Origin: Paraphysomonas bandaiensis | Lineage: Eukaryota; Protista; Chrysophyceae | Length of the DNA stretch: 64,000 bases | Direction of reading: 5' to 3' | NCBI GenBank assembly: GCA_965644295.1 | Contig: CBFFRP010000442.1 | Coordinates: 62,001-126,000 of the forward strand | In this document: positions 1 to 11,637 of the stretch, piece after piece | Layout of the letters: every line of letters begins with the position of its first letter | Position numbering within the stretch: the first letter of the stretch is position 1 | Translations under genes and position numbers: made by a program | The notes under the pieces: model-generated | The model's input: the letters and a program-made list of their open reading frames with translations, nothing else | What the model was told of the DNA's origin: nothing | Database searches by the model: none

Positions 1-65
1 CTACCTGCACAGTGCAGGCGTCTGTCAAGAGACGGTGTTTAATCCGACAGATCTCCCTCACTGAT

Positions 66-1611
66 ATGACGTGGGCTCTAGCAAAGCTATGCAAGGTGTT
101 GGCAGTGTGTATGTCTCTGCGCAACAGTCTGAAGCTGCTCAAGGGCATGTCCCTGTCGTCCGCGTCTCTGTCGCAGGAGGGGCGAGGAGTGCTCATGTTC
201 TGGACCATCTGCGGGGTGTTCATTGTATTCGAGCAGTATTTGGAGTATTTCATCCGGTGGTTTCCCATGTATTACTATGCGAAGTCCCTCTTCATCGTGC
301 TCATGGCTGTGCCGAGATTGAGATTCACTCACTATGTCTTCAATAACGCCCTCGTGCCCTCTATGGAGTACATCCACAAGTCCTTCGGGAGCATTCATGA
401 GATGAGCACTGCTGATTTCTTGCTTTTAATTCCAATCAATATCGCGTTATTGATGTTTCCTGCGCATATGGAGGGGGCCAACATAAGCGATGAGAAGGCC
501 TATGGGGAGGTCTCTTGTGATTATAATGACGAAGGGGACACTGATATAGATCTGAGTATTAATTTAGATAATGACGATATAGTATCAGAGGTAGATCATG
601 ATGATGGTGCTAAACTTACTGAGAACGACAACACGAAAGTCCAAACTCCTGGTGCGCATTTGACTCCTGATCGAGCCAGTAAAACTCCAGATAGCAATAA
701 TCAGAATGAGCGGAGTGAGAACATAATGACGACCCCTGTATCCGCATCTAAACGAGGGCTGTATAGAAATAGTACAGATATCGTAGTTGGTAGTATGAGA
801 CAGGTGTGTGGCTATCGTACATGTTTATATCCATATCGTTTGCTTCCGTTTGTACTGATTGCGCTTTATGTTTCTACAGTTGCTCACTGGCGATTCAGAC
901 TCAAAGATGAGCGACTCTGTCTTTAATTTTGATTTACACTCTCCTAACCCCAACTCTCAGTATCGATTAAGACATTCCATGACTCCAGGCTCGCATGCCT
1001 CCCGATCGCCAGACAGCAGCTCCAGGTCCAACGTAGTCGGGGGATTGGATGGGGATAGAGAAAAACACGTCACTCAGCGAAAGCCCAGCATATATAAACC
1101 AACAGATCTGTCTAATAGATCTCAGTCTGGAGCGACATCACTTCGTAGTGATGCGGTAAAGTCGTCCCACCGAATATTGCGTAATTCATCGCGGATATCA
1201 TCGAGGGACAGAGACATTTCGGTGGCTCGTGAAAATTGTTCTAAAGATTCAATGCCACTGCAACCACCTATCGCAGAGAGCAAGTTATCAGATATATCCA
1301 CTGAGGCATCTAGTCGTCCTTCTCTGCGTTCGAGATTGCACACTGCTGCGGGTGCATTGAGTCAAAAAGCAGCAAAGATGTCAAGTAGAAGTAGAAGTAG
1401 AGGGCGGGTCGGCAGTCGGACTTCCTCCAGGGATCAAACCATCCTCAGTGAGAATCGACTGGACAGAATCGATGATTCCCATTATTTAACCTCAGTCAGT
1501 GTTGATGAAGCAGCAACTTCGAAACTGTCTACCAGAAGACGAAGCGCCAAATTAAGTTCAACATCGACTGGCAGTGCCAGACAGACAAGCAACTCGTCTA
1601 AGAAACGGTAG
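66..1611 (+). CDS. TB2/DP1/HVA22 (REEP-like) membrane protein with long Ser/Arg-rich disordered tail; 2 exons (66-803, 880-1611)
   Basis: LMFWTICGVFIVFEQYLEYFIRWFPMYYYAKSLF matches the HVA22/REEP motif; phase-0 GT-AG intron 804-879 joins ORFs 12..926 and 859..1611; start codon uncertain near the window edge. Confidence 0.7.
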
Positions 1612-2057
1612 CTTGTGAATTTGATTGTAGAGACAAGTTCCGCTTCCTTTTATGGCTGTAATTGTGCAGGATAAGTTGTATTTAATACACGGCGGATAAT
1701 TACGCGGAATATATCAGTGAATGGTGATATTCTTCAGAAAATATCGTGTAGCGAATTAATACGCTTTCGCAATATTGTAATTAAGTATATAATTTTTTTG
1801 TGGACAAATACACTACCTCTCTGTGGATTTAGAATAGCCCTGTGAAGTTTACAGTTTTAAGAACTTTGCAGGAGAAATGAGAATTTGATTTCCCAAAGCG
1901 AATCGGATACATTTGTCAGGGTATGAAATCATCACACTGCTGTAAGTATATAGTCCATGCTACCGAAATCATTTTTATTCCTTCAATCATACTGCAATGT
2001 ATTGAGGTCGTAGCTGAGCATCAGCAAGAATCCAGAGAATTAGAGATCATACTGCAT
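1457..2057 (+). repeat. Left copy of ~600-bp direct duplication (3' end and 3' UTR of the HVA22-like gene)
   Basis: Near-identical to 4139-4744. Confidence 0.95.
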
Positions 2058-4138
2058 GTGTGGAATGTCTTTTTATTTAGCAATAGGCGTTAAAAACTCG
2101 TTCCGATATAGTGGCTAGTTGAATGCTAGATCTACTAGTTAGACCTCTACCCATAACTAATCAGCACAAATTCTATTATCCTACTATTTAACGCTACAGA
2201 AGCTGCTTGTGCGTCGCCGCAAGCACCAAGGTGCAACCACTTCCGTTCTTGATGTTGTGTGTGAGTTCGCCCTGCTCGTGTGTCTGAGGACTCACTGGCG
2301 CGTGTTGTCTGGGGGTCTCCCCTTGGGATAAGGTTCCGCCTGGCTCTGAGGTACCGGGTTCTGTATTAAGGTCCTGAGTGTACCGAGCACTAGAGGTGTG
2401 TATTGAGAGGTTGATGGTGTGGTGGAGTGTAGCGGTGTCACCATGCACCGTCTGGGCGTTGGGCATAGGAGGAGTTGCCGGAGACGTCGCCGCCGTTGTC
2501 TAGGGCCTGTTGGTTTCATACGGTCCGGTGCTATGGTCCTTTGTGTATGGTTGGGAGGGTTCATAGGTGCGGTGGGTGGTGTTCAAGTCTTGGTTCGTCT
2601 GTGGATTCCTAGTAGTCTTAGCACCCTTGGGCGTTTCCGTTTCTGTCTTTTTTGTGGACTCGGCCGCTGTCGTAGCCTTGGGGGACCTTTCCGTAGGGTC
2701 AGGTACCTTCTACTTCGATCTTGGATCATGAGCTTTGCTGCAGCGAAAAGCGGTAGAAGTAATTTGATGATCGCTGATTCGATGCTGCGCAGTCCTTGGG
2801 ATGTCAGTGACTCATGGATGTGATCTCCAAAAACCATTTCAAGCTGTGTAGTTGTGATGGTACCCGTCCAGAATCTCTCCACCTGTGGCACGGAAGGGTT
2901 CCAGGCCCTGCTGGAGAGTCGCTGCAGTACAGTGGTGGTCCATTGGGGTAGTTCCGGATTTCTCATTTCTTCTAGGAGCGCGTTTTTGTGGCTGTGAAAT
3001 GCAGACTCCCTTATCTGCGTTATGGTGTCGTTTGTACAGTCTAAACACATATGCTTGAGTGAGTCTAGTCTAAATCCGCAGTCAGTGCATACAGCTTTAG
3101 CCATGTCGAGTCCGTGTTTGGTTTTCGCCCGGTTTCTTCCTATGCTGCAGGATTTGTCCCATGTCAGTGCTGCATTGAGTACTCGTTGGCGCAGGTGGGA
3201 GCTCACTTTGTCCTTTGACGGGCCACCATCATCTGCTTGCGCCAGTTTGCGCGGAAGTAGTGCTCCGCTGTCTTTCCAGTATCCAGGAGCCCGGTCAGGA
3301 TTGTGACCGTAGCGTTGGTCTCGGAGAGCTGTGTAGGCCTCCAGCGCCCGTTGATTACGGAGGGATTGGAAATCCGTGAGCAGAGGGCTAGTGCGATACG
3401 GCCGTCGTTCCCCAGTTAGGCGCCAGTGCCATAAACCCTCGGTAAGTATTCTCTCGATGGCTTGGTCCACTTCTATGTTACAGACCGTGTAATTTTGTCT
3501 TCCTAGTAGTCGATCTACCTCAAGCCAGTCCTCTCCTGCCACTGCGTCGGCAATGTAAATTCCTTTGTCTTCATATGTCCATTCAGACTCGTCAGAGGTG
3601 CGTCGTTCGGGGTGTGATCGGACCCAGGCTACTGTCCTTGTGCAATCGTTGTTTGCTGCAATGCTTTCGAGCAGTACACCTTTTGCACGATGCCCAAGTG
3701 CCCGACGTCTGGTGGAAAGTGCTTCATGTGTGCGTATGCAGACGGCCTTACAGTCCGTGTTTATCGGTATGTGTGATGGGAGTCGCGCAGACAGTATAAG
3801 CGCCATTGCTGCTCCCATGAGCTCGTATGCATACGGGCCAAGTCCAGGCACGTCGCTGAAGGGTGTCTCTAATCGTAGTATTTTTGTTGTACCGGTCTTC
3901 CATTCATCCTCCGGGGGGAGCCAGACTGCCGCCGCTCCTCCATAATGTATGTGCCCATCTTGTGCGTGGGTGTACGTGCGTAATGCGGCGCGGGGATAGG
4001 GCTGTAGGTGTGTATGAGCCGTCCGTGAAGATTGCCTGATAGGTGTCCGCGTTTACATCATCCAGTCCTAATGCGTGGATAATGTTGGTCAGGGTGTTGG
4101 TATCTTGAGGTTACGGAATGTCGGGTTGTTGTGTGTAA
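2058..4138 (-). mobile_element. 5'-truncated non-LTR retrotransposon (LINE) with RNase H and C-terminal CCHC knuckle; degenerate copy
   Basis: RNase H motifs IFTDGS (~4015-4032, frameshifted from the rest), AYELMG, INTDC, WVRSH, GIYIADAVA; CTDC-x8-H-x4-C knuckle in ORF 2583..3851; 3' end shared with other copies in the window. Confidence 0.8.
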
Positions 4139-4744
4139 GACTAGACAGAATCGATGATTCCCATTATTTAACCTCAGTCAGTGTTGATGAAGCAGCAACT
4201 TCGAAACTGTCTACCAGAAGACGAAGCGCCAAATTAAAAGTTCAACATCGACTGGCAGTGCCAGACAGACAAGCAACTCGTCTAAGAAACGGTAGCTTGT
4301 GAATTTGATTGTAGAGACAAGTTCCGCTTCCTTTTATGGCTGTAATTGTGCAGGATAAGTTGTATTTAATACACGGCGGATAATTACGCGGAATATATCA
4401 GTGAATGGTGATATTCTTCAGAAAATATCGTGTAGCGAATTAATACGCTTTCGCAATATTGTAATTAAGTATATAATTTTTTTGTGGACAAATACACTAC
4501 CTCTCTGTGGATTTAGAATAGCCCTGTGAAGTTTACAGTTTTAAGAACTTTGCAGGAGAAATGAGAATTTGATTTCCCAAAGCGAATCGGATACATTTGT
4601 CAGGGTATGAAATCATCACACTGCTGTAAGTATATAGTCCATGCTACCGAAATCATTTTTATTCCTTCAATCATACTGCAATGTATTGAGGTCGTAGCTG
4701 AGCATCAGCAAGAATCCAGAGAATTATTAGAGATCATACTGCAT
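4139..4744 (+). repeat. Right copy of ~600-bp direct duplication
   Basis: Matches 1457-2057 except a junction SNP, a 2-bp insertion (frameshifts the duplicated coding tail) and a 3-bp insertion. Confidence 0.95.
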
Positions 4745-5088
4745 TGACGCAGTATGCTACTGTTAGTCGGCTAGACGAATGACAAAAAATTGCCCTTTAG
4801 ACTTTTGTGCTCGACAAAATTCATTTCTCATTCACACCATAAATCAAATTTGGGGTAGTAATACAATGCATTGCGCCTTTCCCCTGATGAACTGCATAAC
4901 ACGCAACTGCACAATATTGGTAGTTAATAGCATTCCGAATTACTTACAGAACTACATGAGCTATATGTGCTACAAAAAAACACTACTACTCCAACTGGAT
5001 GTATACGATAGTTCAAGCACGACACCATGTAACGCAAAAAACAACTATTTAAGCACTCTAAAAACTAATATGAGAACTAGCACAAGGT

Positions 5089-8000
5089 CTATCCCATCCA
5101 TCCTTCCTGCATCATGACTACCATGGTGTCTTCCATCACTTGTTGATCCCGCAGCCACTCTCCTACATCACAAAGAATCACTTCAACAGCACACTACATA
5201 CACAGGCCTTCACCTAGGTGTTGTACTGCTCTTGTAGCAACCGCCTTATCGTGCTCCTGCTGTCTCACCAGATCTACTTGATCGAGCGCTTCTGCTTCAG
5301 ACTGAGAATGATCTACACGTGTAGTTCCTTCTACAGACTCATTTCCACTCTGCTTTACCGAACAACCATTACGAAAATACGTTGCAAAACGAAAAGTTAC
5401 CTCGTCAATGATAACACAATCGTCTTGCTCATGCTCCTCTCCACTGCTAGGATCACTGTCACTGTAGGTGATGTTCCTGTAGAGGTCTCCGCCTATGCGA
5501 CTCTGGATATCTTCAGGGACCTCTATAGAGTCAATGAACTGAACAGCTGCGGTCAGGCAGGTTATGTAGTAGGCAGCTTCTCCAAAGGACTCCAGAACAG
5601 CGAACGCTGTTACGTAGTGCTGTACATGCCTCAGTATCAGAAAGAAATTCAACCCAGAAAGTAGATGTATATTACATAACAGCATACGCAAACTGCATAA
5701 CAGCAACTAAGATAAGTGTTGAACGCACCAGCAGTAGGTGTATACAGGGTATATTTGCATTGATGAGAACATGCACAAGAAGCGGAAAGATTGTATCAGC
5801 CCCAAGAGGATCCGTCTTCCCTGCGTGACTGTGTGCTGTTCTCGTGAGCCATATCATCGCTAGTAAAACATTCACAACAATGTCCTTATAAAAACGGAAA
5901 ATTATGCATGCATTAGTGTAAAGTGTAAAATTACCCTTGGGCAAACAGACGTATGAATGAGACCAAGCACTCGTGAAGGAATTGCATACGGAGCAATAGG
6001 TAGTTCAGGCTTACAACTGGTGTCCCCTATACACTCATTAGTGGAACTCCCGTCACCTCTGTCGATAGTAGAAGATACAGATGGGATGGCGCTGTAATCA
6101 CGAGAAAGAAGAGTTTCAATGCGCCGACTCAAAGTTCCTAGATCGGCTTTGCTTAACAGCACCTCGCATGCTGCTACTTTGCGCAGCTTGGATGCACTGC
6201 GTCGCCTCGTCTTCCGTCCTCCCACAGAGTCAGTAGATAGCTGTAGTTGGTCGCGGCTACTCTCTCGTGATTCTGGGGGTGGACTTCCCTCCACTCCAGC
6301 AGAATCAGCCACTGTGCGGGATGGGGTTTCGTCGGCGTCATCTGTAGGTTCTGGGTCTCCAAGAACTGTTTGAAATAAAACTAGATTCGGTTGAGACTTA
6401 CGTCGCTTCTGTTCTTCCGCGCCAGAACTAGCCCCGCCATATGGGCCGCTCGGCATGATATCATTCTCAGACCACGACTTGAACTCCTCTGAAACCGGAA
6501 GTGATGCCAACTCACTCTCCGGTGGACTATGGCTATGAGAAGATCGATCTAATTCTGACCCAAGCAGGTTAACACTCTGTCGAATGCTCTGTCGGCGCCT
6601 CTCAGTCAATTGTTCTGTATGCAAGCTTCCTTCAGATGACGAAGATGGGGAAGAGGGCGAACGACCAAGGTACTTCGGCTCTACAGCATAGCTCAGTGGG
6701 TCAATAAAGCGGCACATGTAACACTGCACGCGCCACTGCCTGTCTAGACGTTTCATTTCTAGAGAAGGGTATCGAAATAAGCTGTCATATACGTTCCTGC
6801 AGGAGAGTCAATGCATTGCTAAAAGGACAAACGGCGCTACAGACTGCAAGTTGCATATGGCCCACCTGTGCACGATAACATCTGTAAGGGCAACGAGCAC
6901 CCCTTTCATTTTCTCCGGCAATGAATAATGGCTGGAGAGAACATTCAAAGCAAAGTACCGTATAAAAGTCTGCACTGCTTTAGGATGGGCAATGAATGCG
7001 GCATCTAATTAATAAATAGAAATCGTTAAACAAAGCAGGAGACTCGGGCATATATGCAAGCAGCACTCACTTCCTTCCACCGCAGTTTTTTTAATTGTCC
7101 CTGATAAATGCTTGGTATCGCTAGGGGTAGATGCATCCTTCGATACGCTCTTCTGCGGCGTCTTCTGCAGTTGAGAACCAGTGTCATGGGTAGATACATT
7201 AGAGGTCTGACGTGAAATCGAACTCTCGGCGGAATCTTGTACGGGCGCGGTGGTACTGAGAGATTTCACAAGATTGCACCAGCGCCTAAACAATCTATCA
7301 CATTCACAAATATAAGACCCAATTCAAGAGAACAATAAATAGTCGGACCTTCCTTCACGTTCTCTTTCATCATCGACGAATCGTAGAAACTCGGAGTAAA
7401 TCTCATTCTCTTTTTTGCATCTGTCCATGTACCTGTAAAAGACAAGTAAACGTCGAACCACCCCGACACTAATAGGTTGAATCGCATGCATGACAGCATT
7501 TAATTTTTCCAGAAATGCCTATAGCACTCACCACTCACAGAATTCTGGCCATGTTGCAGTGGACGACACCTCCGTATCAATACTCAGATTTCTGTCATCC
7601 AGCAGCTCCGCATACCTAGCGCAGCAATACATCAATTGTCTCACTCGGCTAAGAATAGGCACTATGTTTTTGGGTTATGCAACCTACCTGGAGCATATGT
7701 TCTGAAGGATGGCCTCTCTTTCCTGATATGGCTTAGAGTTCAATTCTGGAAGCAGCTCTCTACAAGTAGCAACAACCCATTACCAACGGTCTACCTTCTC
7801 AACATGCTATACCTGAATTTCAAACTGTATGTATGACAAAGCCGATCAAAGTGTAGAAGGCGAATGCGTTTCTCCATATACGCTGCATCTTCCTCGAGTA
7901 GCCGCTCGGGGCTCTACAATACTCAAATATTATTGTGATGTGATCACAAAGCAGCGGTACAATTAAGGGACGCAAAATGCGCGGAGCAGTTAGGTATATC

Positions 8001-8761
8001 AGCTTACCATGTAAAATTGATCGCCTACTTGAGCAAGACGTTCCTTCTCCGTCGGAAGTCTCTTAGAAGGTTTTGTGCCTAGTGTTGTCACAATTGCATT
8101 GATATCTCGAATACGTCGCTGAATAGTGCTGAAGAGAAATAGTCAGGAGCCGATACCACAAATAGGGGGTGTCAAATAGCACTTACACACGCAACACTGA
8201 AGAGGTATACACTTACACACACTAACGTACAGTGAACTTACGTGAGAACATGCTTCGACATATCGATGAGTAGCTCCCCTCGATCCTGTCGCATCCACGA
8301 CTACACAAAGACACATCAGACTCCTTTGATAGCGATGCATCTGTCTCTCCCTATATATCTCACAGGACACACGTGGTTACCTGCATCCTGAAGTCCTCTA
8401 TAAGGTGCTCCAGTCCCCATCGCCACAACTGCATCTCTTGTTCTTTGAACTCGACATGAAGTGACTCCTGCTTGTGAGTGTGTAGTTGAACAGCCTTCTC
8501 GACGACTCTCATATCAGCCTGCAGCAGCTGTCTGTATGCGGCCATACACAGACGAGTCGATCGATCTTCTTTCTTCTCACCGCTAAATATGTGCATAAAC
8601 CCAGTGAAGTGAGACGAAGACAGAGAATCGTATCTTGAAGGGTTAATTGAGGCACTTTCCTTCGAGTCCTTCTTATGACCCAACACCCTCATGAAACCAC
8701 TATCAACACGACGATCCCTCTCTCTATCCCTATCCTTCCTCCTCCTACGACCTTGATCCAT
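5089..8761 (-). CDS. Multi-exon VPS9-domain protein (Rab5-type GEF)
   Basis: LGADTIFPLLVHVLINANIP and GEAAYYITCLTAAVQFI are VPS9 motifs; several minus-strand ORF fragments separated by short introns; exon boundaries approximate. Confidence 0.7.
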
Positions 8762-8830
8762 ATCTACGATAACCACACACGATCAACAATATAACCTACA
8801 TGATCATACCATTGGAACATGACCTGTATA

Positions 8831-8999
8831 CACATACATACATACATACATACATACATACATACATACATACATACATACATACATACATACATACATA
8901 CATACATACATACATACATACATACATACATACATACATACATACATACATACATACATACATACATACATACATACATACATACATACATACATACAT
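8831..8999. repeat. (CATA)n/(TATG)n microsatellite between divergent genes
   Basis: Pure tetranucleotide array. Confidence 0.97.
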
Positions 9000-9075
9000 T
9001 CATGCATGTATGGCTAGGCTGGATAGTGTGTTTATATAGATATTGTATTGGTGTTGATTGAGGGTAGTGGTAACG

Positions 9076-10221
9076 ATGGTCTCCATGTCAGCATTGTTAG
9101 TGTATGTGTTGGTGTTTGTGTGTGGGTTGCTCATTGGTTGCTGTGTGTATATGTATGTGTGTGTGGGTTATGATGCCAGTCATTCAGACGAGAGGCGCAG
9201 GAGATATCGCGACATCATCATCAGCAATAACTCTACCAGTGGCAGCACCAGTAGCGGCAGCAGCATGTACTCATATGACTATGAGGCCTGTGGAATCCAG
9301 TACAGTAACGAGTGGGTCCCTAATAGCCGCAACCTTCTTCTCCATAGACAGCAGCTGATCCCTGTGGAGGGCTATAGTGGTGTGGTGGCTCTGTGTCACG
9401 GGTATGGGGATCACACGCTGGGGTTCCTCACTGAGATAGCTATCAACATATGTAAGAGTGGGTTCGCTGTCATCATGATGGATGCGGAGGTACGCTGTGT
9501 GCGTGTGTGTCTGCTGTCATTGATGTGGTTGATGTGCTGTTAGGGTCATGGGCTCAGCGATGGACTGCACGGTCATATATCGGATATAATGGACATCACT
9601 ACTGACTACTCTGATTATATTATGGAGCAAGCCAACCGAAAGATATTCAGATCCAAACCTTTTTTTTTGTATGGCAATTCAATGGGCGGAGCGATTGCAT
9701 TCAATATTTGCACAAGATGCCCGGCCAGAAAGGTCATAGAGGGTGTTATAATGGTCGCCCCTATGGTCAAAATCGCGGATAATATGCAGCCTCCGAAAAT
9801 TCTGACACTCATTTTGAAGGCTTTGGCCAATATTTTCCCCCTGGCGCCTATTACACCGGTACCGTCAATACCTGAAAAGTGCTTCAAGAATCCGGAGGTC
9901 TTGGCGCGAGCATTGAAATGCTCTCTTGTGTACCGCATGAAGCCTAGACTAGGAACGGCAGTCGCAATGATGAAAGCGACGGAGGATATTGCTTCACGTA
10001 TGCACGAGCTTAAGCACCCTGTGCTTATACAACACGGAGAGGCGGACCAAGTGACATGCCATAAAAACTCTATTACGTTATTCGAGAAATGCTCTTCCGA
10101 GGACAAAACGCTTAAAATATATCCTGGTGCATGGCACAGCCTAGTAGTCGGAGAGTACGAACCACTATCATCTGAAGTATTCAATGATATCGTTACCTGG
10201 CTACGAGAGAGGTGTCGGTAG
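9076..10221 (+). CDS. Alpha/beta hydrolase, monoacylglycerol lipase/lysophospholipase-like (Hydrolase_4), N-terminal TM; 2 exons
   Basis: CHGYGDH, DAE|GHGLSDG across intron 9490-9543, GNSMGG nucleophile elbow, HGEAD, YPGAWH. Confidence 0.85.
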
Positions 10222-10613
10222 AGGAGAGTTATTAGACGTAATACATGTAAGCCACCGTTGTATTAGCTAGGCAACTGTGAATTCTTTCGATTAATACCAT
10301 CAAAATTTGCAATATTATTGTAATATTTTCGGTTTTTAACGGTATGTACTAAGTAGACATTTCATCTCAATGTGACTATTAAGTCATAGGAATATGAGGT
10401 TAAAATTCTATGATACATGTTAGCAGATAACTGGCATCTGTAAGAATTTCATACAATAATGGATTCAATAATGTTGAGCTGGGAACTTAGAGTAACTTAG
10501 TCAGTTTTTTATAACATATTTTATTGAAAATAAAAAACATTCACTGAAATATAACTGATCTGTCATGAGACTTTCTCTGAAGTAAGATGCCTGAACCCTG
10601 AACTCAGTAATGA

Positions 10614-11100
10614 TAGTAGTGAATGTCTTATTATTAGCAATAGGCGTTTAAAAGTCATAACTAATTTAGCATTACAATTTAACGAACTAGTGCTTAAATC
10701 TTATATTCTTCTATTTAACGCTACGAAAGCTGCTTGACACACACACAACGACGACGAAAAAAACCGTCGTCGGAGTGTGTGTGTGTGCTTGTGCGTCACC
10801 GCAAGCACCAAGGCGCAACCACTCAAGCTGAATGTTCATATACCTGACATCTGCAGACTTTAGGATTTTTGAGTCCTTAAGGAGAGTAGCCCGGATGCTT
10901 GACTTCAGCAGGCAGCCCAATACCCCGGATGCCCTTGAGGTGGGCCTGTTCGCGAATGCTTGTTTAGTCGACAAGACCCAAAGACGTTTACGCAATTGAC
11001 ATGATTTTAGGTAGAAAACTATCTGCTGACACTTATTGAATGCCTGATTTTTAAGAAGCGCAAGCTTGTGCGTTGCCGCGACCAACCTAACAACTCGCGC
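10614..11100 (-). mobile_element. Non-autonomous SINE-like element: LINE-type 3' tail plus conserved ~125-nt core
   Basis: Shares GAATGTCTT..TAGCAATAGGCG terminus and GCTTGTGCGTCACCGCAAGCACCAAGG hairpins with the LINE; core 10830-10945 shared with 35238-35360 and 63570-63690; 5' boundary approximate. Confidence 0.65.
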
Positions 11101-11637
11101 GACACTAAGCATAACATGACTCTCATCTAGTTACTTTTGCATGAACCGACAAGTGCTCAACTATACAACATGATTTAGCTAGCTACATGGGCATACGACG
11201 AGTTGCGAGTTTAAGACGGATCATACGCTCCTGCCCAATCTACTTGTCCTAATACAAACAACTTGCGGTCTGTATCTTCGGCATATGTCTCCTGTATATG
11301 CGACAGATCTTTAGGGCCGTCTTCACTTTCTTTCCATTTTTTCTTCATTGAATAGTTTTTTCATTTCTTTTGTCAGGCAGTAGTTAGCTATAGCACGTCA
11401 ACACTAATCTATTGCAATAATATCAGCACAGACTAGCAATGCTATTGTAGTACAATGTTCCCTAACCATCCTTGAAATATATATATCAAACGCAATTATT
11501 CGTTCCCTACCTCTACGACAATCAGACATACACTCGATATAAATGTTTTATTACTTTTATATGAATGAATCTATCGTAACATATTGACGCCATTCAAAGT
11601 GGCACTGTACACAGAACTAGTTCAAAAACAACATATG

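Noticed and set aside
2583-3851. ORF as a Fanzor/TnpB nuclease with downstream omega-RNA
   Set aside because: Motifs are RNase H1 (TDGS, E, TDC, WVxSH, AD) plus a LINE CCHC knuckle; copies show 5' truncation and variable TSDs typical of TPRT
4075-4302. Chimeric ORF across the LINE/duplication junction
   Set aside because: By-product of the duplicated, frameshifted gene tail; no ATG or promoter evidence
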